Source: an uncultured Flavobacteriaceae bacterium
Lineage (GTDB): Bacteria > Bacteroidota > Bacteroidia > Flavobacteriales > Flavobacteriaceae
Reading direction: 5' to 3'
Length of the DNA: 64,000 nucleotides
NCBI GenBank assembly: GCA_905181825.1
Contig: CAJIZJ010000022.1
Span: forward strand, 10,794-74,793
A program made the position numbers and the translations under genes. The notes beneath the pieces were generated by a model. The model searched no databases. It saw nothing but the letters and a program-made list of their open reading frames with translations, and had not been told where the DNA came from. Below are positions 57,084 to 64,000 of the stretch, one piece after another; position 1 is the first letter of the stretch, and every line of letters begins with the position of its first letter.

Positions 57084-59531
57084 ATGAGTAAAAACGTATT
57101 AATTTTAGTGACCCTCATTTTGTCACATGCCTACACTATGGCTCAAAATGGGGGGGATTCTATTACTGTGTCAGGTAAGATTATCGAAGCCGAAACAAAC
57201 CAGCCATTAGAATATGCAACTATTTCTTTTATTAGTAGGGCTGAAAACAAAATAATCGGAGGCGGTATTTCAGATTTTCAAGGAGAATTTAGGATAAAAA
57301 CAACCCCAGGAGTGTATGATATTCATATTGAGTATTTTTCATTTGAGGCTGTTACTAAATCAAATATAAATCTAAAACAAGACACCAACTTTGGAACCTT
57401 TAAAATGAAAGCTGACTTACAAGCTTTAGATGCCGTTGATATCATTGCAGAAAAAACAACGGTTGAAATTAAATTAGATAAAAAAATCTACAATGTTGGT
57501 AAAGATCTAACCGTTAGAGGCGGCAGTGTGAGTGATGTTTTAGATAACGTCCCGTCTGTCTCAGTAGACATTGAAGGAAACGTAGCACTAAGAGGCAATG
57601 AAAATGTTAGAATTTTAATAAACGGAAAACCATCCGGATTAGTAGGGTTAAATTCTACAGACGCTCTACGACAATTGCCTGCGGATGCCATTGAAAAAGT
57701 TGAAATAATCACCTCTCCCTCTGCAAGATATGATGCGGAAGGAACTGCAGGCATTTTAAATATTATTTTGAGACGAAGTAAAATACTTGGGCTCAATGGA
57801 GCTATTATAATCAATTCTGGCTATCCAGATCAATTAGGAGCATCTGGTAACATTAACTACCGTACAGGGAATATAAATATTTTTAATAATTCAGGATATT
57901 CATATACTAAAAGCCCAGGAAGTTCTGGTGTTGAATCTGAATTTTTTAATACTGAATACGATGAGAATGGAATTCTTATCCAAGATTTACCAAACACGTT
58001 TCGAAATGAATACCGCACATTTGAGCGTATTCGAAATGGGTTTAATAGCAATACAGGAATCGAATGGTATCTCGACCCCACAACCTCGTTAACTACTGCT
58101 TTTTTAGTAAGAAAAAGTGATAATAGTAACGAAAGCTCTAACAGAGCTCAAACCCTTGATTTAACAGGAGCTGTTATAAACGAATCTATTCGTTATGACC
58201 CAGAAACAGAATTAGATCAAACCACCCAGTTTTCGATTAATTTTGACAAACAGTTTCATGGAAATAGCGAACACCGCCTCACATTTGATTTTCAAGTTGA
58301 AAACAGCTCTGAAGATGAAGGCTCCATTATTTATAACGACGGAATAGCAGCTGAGCGTGTACGTACTATTGAAGAACAAAACAGAATTTTAATACAGTCT
58401 GACTTTACGCTCCCTATTAGTGAAAATACACGCTTTGAAATTGGATATAATGGCCGGTTTAGCTCCAATAACACAGACTTCACTTTAGAGTTTTCAGATG
58501 AGGATGCTTTTATTTTAGATACAGGTGTTAGTAATGTTCTAAATTACAAAGAAGACGTTAATGCTATATATACTCAGTATGGCAGTAAATTAAAAGATAC
58601 ATTTTCGTTTTTACTGGGTCTTCGAATGGAAGCAACAGACGTCACAATCAAGCAGCTAAGCTCAAATGACTATTCTAACTCTAACTACATAGGGTTATTT
58701 CCTACCATTAATTTAGGTTATGAGTTTTCAGAAACGCAAAACTTAACTATCGGCTATAGCCGTCGTATCAGTCGACCTAGGTCTCGCTATCTAAATCCAT
58801 TTCCATCAAGGAGTAGCGCTGCCAACATATTTCAGGGAAACCCAAACATCACACCTAGCTACTCAAATGGAGTCGACATAGGGTATTTAAATACCTTTGA
58901 CAAACTAACTCTTAACGCTTCTTTTTACTACAACCACGCAACTGATGTGTTTACTTACATCAGTGAAGATACTGGAGAAGAGGTTGTAATAAATGGAGAA
59001 ATTGTTCCAGTCATTAGAAGAGGGCCTATTAATTTAGCTGAAGATGATCGGCTTGGGTTTGAATTCACACTAACTTATCGTCCGTTAGAAAAATGGAATA
59101 TAAATACTAATTTCAATTTATATCGCTCTGCTATTAAAGGAAACTATAATGGATTAAGTTATGATTCTGAAAACCTAGGATGGTTTGTTAGACTCAATAA
59201 CAAATATACACTTCCTGGGAATATTGAATGGCAAACACGTTTAAGTTACTCAGGTCCAAGGATCGATGCCGTAAACAGAAGAGAAGGTGTGTTTTCTTCA
59301 AATATGGCATTTAGTAAAGATCTATTTAACGAAAAAGCATCCATTTCATTAAATATAAATGACTTATTAAATACTCAGCGCAGAAACTTAGAATCTACTA
59401 CCCCAACATTTTATAGCAATGGATACTACCGATGGCGAGTACGCTCCTTTAGTCTTTCGTTTACGTACCGTTTTAATCAACGCAAAAAACGACCCGAACA
59501 AGGCCAATATGGTAGTAATTTCAGCGGTTAG
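57084..59531 (+). CDS. TonB-dependent receptor / outer-membrane beta-barrel with N-terminal carboxypeptidase-regulatory-like domain
   Basis: Signal peptide; G.I......PLEYATI; plug DVLDNVPSV.V, IEKVEIITSPSARYDAEG.AGILNI; C-terminal SFTYRF; -7 element TACTTTTG at 57056-57063. Confidence 0.9.
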   Translation: MSKNVLILVTLILSHAYTMAQNGGDSITVSGKIIEAETNQPLEYATISFISRAENKIIGGGISDFQGEFRIKTTPGVYDIHIEYFSFEAVTKSNINLKQDTNFGTFKMKADLQALDAVDIIAEKTTVEIKLDKKIYNVGKDLTVRGGSVSDVLDNVPSVSVDIEGNVALRGNENVRILINGKPSGLVGLNSTDALRQLPADAIEKVEIITSPSARYDAEGTAGILNIILRRSKILGLNGAIIINSGYPDQLGASGNINYRTGNINIFNNSGYSYTKSPGSSGVESEFFNTEYDENGILIQDLPNTFRNEYRTFERIRNGFNSNTGIEWYLDPTTSLTTAFLVRKSDNSNESSNRAQTLDLTGAVINESIRYDPETELDQTTQFSINFDKQFHGNSEHRLTFDFQVENSSEDEGSIIYNDGIAAERVRTIEEQNRILIQSDFTLPISENTRFEIGYNGRFSSNNTDFTLEFSDEDAFILDTGVSNVLNYKEDVNAIYTQYGSKLKDTFSFLLGLRMEATDVTIKQLSSNDYSNSNYIGLFPTINLGYEFSETQNLTIGYSRRISRPRSRYLNPFPSRSSAANIFQGNPNITPSYSNGVDIGYLNTFDKLTLNASFYYNHATDVFTYISEDTGEEVVINGEIVPVIRRGPINLAEDDRLGFEFTLTYRPLEKWNINTNFNLYRSAIKGNYNGLSYDSENLGWFVRLNNKYTLPGNIEWQTRLSYSGPRIDAVNRREGVFSSNMAFSKDLFNEKASISLNINDLLNTQRRNLESTTPTFYSNGYYRWRVRSFSLSFTYRFNQRKKRPEQGQYGSNFSG

Positions 59532-59532
59532 C

Positions 59533-59570
59533 AAAAAAAAAAACCAAAACTTAATTGTTTTGGTTTTTTT
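59533..59570. terminator. Bidirectional intrinsic terminator
   Basis: A-run-ACCAAAAC-ttaatt-GTTTTGGT-T-run between the receptor gene and the convergent small ORF. Confidence 0.85.
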
Positions 59571-59590
59571 AATATATAAATAGTGATTGG

Positions 59591-59767
59591 TTAATCCTGT
59601 TTTGGTTTAGCTTTACGAGCCGCTAACTTTTCTTTAAAATGTTCGATAGCTGATCCGAAGATCCAATAAGGAATTGCAAAGGTCAATAAAAATATCATTA
59701 ACCAAAACCCTAAGGTTAAAATTGACAAAAACGCTAAAAATCCTAAATACTGATCAAAATCAAACAT
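59591..59767 (-). CDS. Small membrane protein (58 aa), absent from the ORF track
   Basis: Hand translation: MFDFDQYLGFLAFLSILTLGFWLMIFLLTFAIPYWIFGSAIEHFKEKLAARKAKPKQD*; -7 element TATATTTG at 59798-59791; terminator directly downstream. Confidence 0.8.
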   Translation of the reverse strand: MFDFDQYLGFLAFLSILTLGFWLMIFLLTFAIPYWIFGSAIEHFKEKLAARKAKPKQD

Positions 59768-59907
59768 ACTACATTCTTTTGTTTACTCTGCAAATATAGT
59801 ATAAGAAAAATAGTTTTACAACATAAAAATATACATTTATCAACAGCTTAGTAACAGTATGGATTTAAAGTGAAAAAATTGTAAATTTGTAATCAAAATT
59901 TGATGTT

Positions 59908-61308
59908 ATGAAGTATAGAATAGAAAAAGACACGATGGGAGATGTGAATGTACCTGCAGATAAATTATGGGGCGCTCAAACAGAACGGTCTCGAAATAAT
60001 TTTAAAATTGGAAACCTAGCTTCAATGCCTATAGACATCATCTATGGATTTGCATACTTAAAAAAAGCAGCCGCATTTACAAACTGCCAACTTGGAGTTC
60101 TTTCTACAGAAAAAAGAGACTTAATCGCACAAGTGTGTGACGAAATTTTAACAGCTAAACACGATGACCAATTTCCATTAGTTATTTGGCAAACAGGTTC
60201 TGGAACACAAAGTAATATGAATGTTAATGAAGTCATTGCTAACCGGGCTCATCAACTTGTTGGTAAAACTATTGGAGAAGGTGAAAAAACCATCCAACCC
60301 AATGATGACGTTAATAAATCCCAATCTTCAAACGATACCTTCCCAACAGGAATGCACATAGCAGCTTACAAAAAAGTAATTGAAACAACCATCCCGGGAA
60401 TTCAAAAATTAAGAGATACATTACAAGATAAATCAGAAAAATTTGAAACTGTTGTAAAAATTGGTCGTACCCATTTAATGGATGCTACTCCGTTAACGTT
60501 AGGGCAAGAATTTTCTGGTTATGTTTCACAATTAGATCATGGATTAAAAGCCCTCAAAAACACTCTAGAACACTTGAGCGAAGTAGCTTTGGGTGGCACC
60601 GCTGTTGGAACAGGTTTAAATACGCCCGATGGCTACTCAGAACTTGTAGCAGACTATATTGCAAAATTTACTGAGCTACCATTTATAACAGCCCCTAATA
60701 AATTTGAAGCACTTGCCGCACATGATGCTATTGTTGGAAGTCATGGTGCGCTAAAACAACTAGCTGTATCCTTGAATAAGATTGCTAATGACGTTAGAAT
60801 GATGGCTTCAGGCCCACGTTCAGGAATTGGTGAAATTACCATCCCAGCTAACGAGCCAGGAAGTTCTATCATGCCTGGAAAAGTAAACCCCACTCAATGC
60901 GAAGCACTTACTATGGTATGTGCACAAGTTATGGGTAATGATGTGGCTATTTCTGTAGGCGGTACTCAAGGACATTATGAATTAAACGTTTTTAAGCCTA
61001 TGATGGCTGCTAACTTTTTACAATCGGCACAACTTCTTGGAGATGCAGCTGTTAGTTTTGAAAAACACTGCGCTTCAGGAATTGAACCTAATCACGATGT
61101 TATTGAGAAATTATTAAATAACTCACTAATGCTAATTACAGCCTTAAACACTAAAATCGGGTATTATAAAGCTGCAGAAATTGCAAATACAGCTCACAAA
61201 AATGGAACGACTCTAAAAGAAGAGGCTATTAATCTTGGCTATGTTACTGCCGAAAATTACGATGCTTGGGTAAAACCTGAAAACATGGTAGGGAACTTAA
61301 AAAAATAG
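59908..61308 (+). CDS. fumC: Class II fumarate hydratase
   Basis: [41 protein letters not shown] signature. Confidence 0.97.
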   Translation: MKYRIEKDTMGDVNVPADKLWGAQTERSRNNFKIGNLASMPIDIIYGFAYLKKAAAFTNCQLGVLSTEKRDLIAQVCDEILTAKHDDQFPLVIWQTGSGTQSNMNVNEVIANRAHQLVGKTIGEGEKTIQPNDDVNKSQSSNDTFPTGMHIAAYKKVIETTIPGIQKLRDTLQDKSEKFETVVKIGRTHLMDATPLTLGQEFSGYVSQLDHGLKALKNTLEHLSEVALGGTAVGTGLNTPDGYSELVADYIAKFTELPFITAPNKFEALAAHDAIVGSHGALKQLAVSLNKIANDVRMMASGPRSGIGEITIPANEPGSSIMPGKVNPTQCEALTMVCAQVMGNDVAISVGGTQGHYELNVFKPMMAANFLQSAQLLGDAAVSFEKHCASGIEPNHDVIEKLLNNSLMLITALNTKIGYYKAAEIANTAHKNGTTLKEEAINLGYVTAENYDAWVKPENMVGNLKK

Positions 61309-61309
61309 T

Positions 61310-62548
61310 ATGAGTACACTTTTTATCCATATTAAAGAATTACTTCAAACACGAGAAAAAGCGGAGTTGAAAGTCATGGGTAAATCGATGTCTGAATTAC
61401 CACATATTAAAAACGCATTTTTAAGAATTAATGGCGACACAATACACAGTTTTGGCCCAATGGATGAATTAGTCGTTGAAGACAGTGATGAAGTAATTGA
61501 TGTTACTGGGAAAATCATACTTCCCACATGGTGCGACAGCCATTCTCATGTAGTATATGCCGGAGATCGTTCTCAAGAATTTGTAGATCGAATTAACGGA
61601 TTATCTTATGAAGATATTGCTGCAAAAGGAGGAGGTATCCTAAACTCTGCCCAAACCCTGCAAAATACAAGTGAAAGTGCGCTTTACCAACAATCAATCA
61701 AACGAGTAAACGAATTAGTAAAGCTTGGGACAGGCGCTTTAGAAATAAAATCAGGATACGGATTAACGACCGATGCAGAACTTAAAATGCTTAGAGTTAT
61801 TAAAAAAATAAAAGAAAACTCAGCCATAAAAATCAAAGCTACGTTCCTTGGTGCGCACGCAATTCCAAAAAAACACTCGGATAACAAAAAGGAATATTTA
61901 GATTTGATTATTAATCATATGTTGCCCGAGATACACAAAGAGCAATTAGCAGATTTTGTGGATGTGTTTTGTGAAAAAGGATATTTTTCTCTAGAAGACA
62001 CGGAACAAGTGTTAAATGCAGCAGCTAAATATGATCTAATACCTAAAATTCATGTCAATCAATTTAATGCCTTTGGCGGAGTAGCCTTAGGAGTTAAACA
62101 CAAAGCCTTATCTGTTGATCACTTAGAAGTTCTCAATAATGAAGACATAGAGGCGTTAAAAAACACTGACACAATACCTGTAGCTTTACCAGGATGTTCA
62201 TTTTTCTTAGGGATTCCTTACACGCCAGCAAGACCACTAATAGATTCTGGTCTCCCATTAGCACTAGCTACAGATTTTAACCCAGGGTCTGCACCAAGCG
62301 GAAACATGAATTTTATTGTCAGCCTTGCGTGTATTAAAATGAAAATGAGTCCGGAAGAAGCTATCAACGCGGCTACCATTAATGGAGCGTTTGCCATGAA
62401 TGCTTCTAAAGAATATGGGAGCATTTCTATTGGAAAAAAAGCAAGTATCATCATTACTAAGGAGTTAACTTCATACCGTCAAATCCCTTATCATTTCGGA
62501 AACAACCCCATCTATAAGGTGATGATTAACGGAGTGTTTGTAGAATAA
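61310..62548 (+). CDS. hutI: Imidazolonepropionase
   Basis: DSHSH, GGGIL, EIKSGYGL, TFLGAHA, DVFCEKG, SVDHLE, ATDFNPGS. Confidence 0.95.
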   Translation: MSTLFIHIKELLQTREKAELKVMGKSMSELPHIKNAFLRINGDTIHSFGPMDELVVEDSDEVIDVTGKIILPTWCDSHSHVVYAGDRSQEFVDRINGLSYEDIAAKGGGILNSAQTLQNTSESALYQQSIKRVNELVKLGTGALEIKSGYGLTTDAELKMLRVIKKIKENSAIKIKATFLGAHAIPKKHSDNKKEYLDLIINHMLPEIHKEQLADFVDVFCEKGYFSLEDTEQVLNAAAKYDLIPKIHVNQFNAFGGVALGVKHKALSVDHLEVLNNEDIEALKNTDTIPVALPGCSFFLGIPYTPARPLIDSGLPLALATDFNPGSAPSGNMNFIVSLACIKMKMSPEEAINAATINGAFAMNASKEYGSISIGKKASIIITKELTSYRQIPYHFGNNPIYKVMINGVFVE

Positions 62549-62555
62549 TCAATTT

Positions 62556-63437
62556 CTATTTCAAAGTAAATGTAGAAGTAGACACTAGATCACTTCGGTC
62601 AAAAACGTTAACAGTATACATACCCTTTTCAAAATCAATTTCCTCTACTGAAACAAAATCACAAACATCTAAACTTAGATTATCATAAGTAAAGGAGTTG
62701 ATGTAACTATATTTTAATACCTCTTCTTCAAATTGTACTGGAGAATTAGAACCGATCACATTAAGGTTTGGATCAATAACTTGAACATAATAGCTTCTCT
62801 CTCCTGGTTCAGCTAAAGGGTTTGAGGGAACAGTGTAACAGATTCTTAAGTTATCAACTCTCCAAGCTCGTGTGGTTGGGACCAGCCTGCCAGATCTTTT
62901 TTGAATAACACCAAAGCCTTCAAGGCGTTCAATTGATAATTTTTTAGCGACATTTACAGACTGTGATAACTTAATATTATTTTCTGTTAAATTAGCATTT
63001 GTAGTCAACTGAGTTGTTAACTGTAGCTGTGTACTATCTAAGATTTTCTCAAGTTGTAAGTTTTCAAGTTTTAAAACGGCATTTTCATTTAACAAAACTT
63101 CCATTTCGGATTCTAACTCAAAATATTTTTTTTTGTATCTCATTAGAGATGTGATACTTACTGCTGATTTCTCTAACTCTTTTTTAAGTACTTCTAAACG
63201 TGCTAAAGCACCCTCTAACTTAGAGTTTACGACTTTGTTGTCATAGATAGCTTCAGCATATAAAGACGTAATATCGTCTAGGTTGCTCATCACTTCAGCT
63301 TTCTCATTTTCAAGCTGTAATTGAGTAGCTACACTTTTTTGATTTAATTGTAACGTAAAAAACAAGGAGCCAACCAATAATAATATTAAAACAATAATAG
63401 TAGTTTTTGAGCTTTTGCTCGATGAAGAAGAATTCAT
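62556..63437 (-). CDS. Membrane-anchored coiled-coil protein with a C-terminal beta-sandwich-like domain
   Basis: N-terminal TM (IIVLILLLVGSLFF), about 130 aa of heptad-rich helix, beta-rich end (LRICYTV..YVQVIDP..GMYTVNVF). Confidence 0.7.
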   Translation of the reverse strand: MNSSSSSKSSKTTIIVLILLLVGSLFFTLQLNQKSVATQLQLENEKAEVMSNLDDITSLYAEAIYDNKVVNSKLEGALARLEVLKKELEKSAVSITSLMRYKKKYFELESEMEVLLNENAVLKLENLQLEKILDSTQLQLTTQLTTNANLTENNIKLSQSVNVAKKLSIERLEGFGVIQKRSGRLVPTTRAWRVDNLRICYTVPSNPLAEPGERSYYVQVIDPNLNVIGSNSPVQFEEEVLKYSYINSFTYDNLSLDVCDFVSVEEIDFEKGMYTVNVFDRSDLVSTSTFTLK

Positions 63438-63522
63438 TTCGTTGTATGATTATGATTTGAAAATGAGCTTTAAAACAATAAAAAATTGTAAATTTAACTG
63501 ATTGCAAATGTATTATAAAAAA

Positions 63523-64000
63523 ATGAAGAATCTTCAAATTATTAACTCTGAAACACTAGAGAGAATCACACAAAAAAGAACAGGAGAAAAAAAGCTACAT
63601 GAAGTTGTTCAGTATCTCACTAGTTCAAATAATTTATTAGAAAGAATTACTGACCCCCAAATAGAGTTTGTTCTTTTTGGAATTAAAGAAGACATTGGAG
63701 TTTTAGCAAATCATGGGCAGCCTGGCGCTAGAGATACATGGGAAAGTGTAATAAAATCCTTACTAAACATACAAAGTAACGAATATACTAATGCATCTAG
63801 TATTTTAATCTTAGGACACTTAGATTTTAAAGATTTGTACGGGACTCCTTCACTAACAAGTTCAGAAAAGTCCTTAAAAACATACCGAAAGCATGTAGAA
63901 CTAATTGATCAAAATGTCAATCAGCTTGTATATTCTATTGTAAAAGCTGGTAAAACCCCAATCGTGGTTGGAGGGGGACACAATAATGCTTATGGAATTA
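63523..64000 (+). CDS. hutG: Formimidoylglutamase (arginase family), truncated by the window end
   Basis: Hand translation MKNLQIINSE...RTGE...FVLFGIKEDIGVLANHG.PGA...PIVVGGGHNNAYG; near hutI. Confidence 0.85.
   Translation, partial: MKNLQIINSETLERITQKRTGEKKLHEVVQYLTSSNNLLERITDPQIEFVLFGIKEDIGVLANHGQPGARDTWESVIKSLLNIQSNEYTNASSILILGHLDFKDLYGTPSLTSSEKSLKTYRKHVELIDQNVNQLVYSIVKAGKTPIVVGGGHNNAYGI

Noticed and set aside
59838-59846. DnaA-box-like TTATCAACA (and TTATTCACT on the minus strand near 1893-1901) as an origin signal
   Set aside because: Isolated, mismatched single boxes with no cluster or origin-associated genes.
958-62454. Many short antisense ORFs in the track (e.g. 958-1254, 3883-4278, 7744-8082, 13017-13337, 37581-37850, 55783-56196, 57488-57814)
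   Set aside because: They lie within, or almost wholly within, well-supported genes on the opposite strand and have no motifs; they are shadow ORFs.
62556-63437. ParA/SMC-like chromosome partition protein
   Set aside because: No Walker A motif; the similarity would come only from the coiled coil.
63310-63537. 75-aa minus-strand ORF
   Set aside because: It overlaps both the coiled-coil gene and the hutG start and has no recognisable features.

Overview
This AT-rich, gene-dense window looks like core chromosome of a Flavobacteriaceae (Bacteroidota) genome. The evidence is TAnnTTTG -7 promoter elements, A-rich leaders without Shine-Dalgarno sequences, a T9SS C-terminal domain and typical flavobacterial gene families. 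I found no rRNA, tRNA, CRISPR array, integrase or transposase. Gene content: a secreted EndA-type nuclease (5'-truncated), purL, a MarR-linked beta-oxidation locus (fadD, marR, fadN, fadA, fadE), peptidases (M1, M3, S10, S9), redox genes (sodC, oxyR, bcp), two ECF sigma factors, a PadR-PspC-DUF2807 envelope-stress operon, a BatA-like/pseudo-dihydroorotase operon, nth, uvrA, a DUF4834-YfhO-GT4 operon, a probable sulfonolipid (capnine) locus, frameshifted prfB, a TonB-dependent receptor, fumC, hutI and a partial hutG. The strongest leads are four. (1) A candidate sigma54-driven ~100-nt small RNA with six tandem UUAG repeats lies downstream of uvrA. (2) A ceramide-synthase-like GNAT and a SphA-like barrel converge on capA/capB-like genes and may supply the N-acylation and transport steps of sulfonolipid synthesis. 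(3) A 25-nt leader motif is shared, at nearly the same promoter distance, by an ECF sigma gene and a 64-aa gene 15 kb away. (4) Tandem palindromic MarR operators have half-sites that recur at the PadR promoter. All family assignments come from motif recognition by eye; no database search was run.
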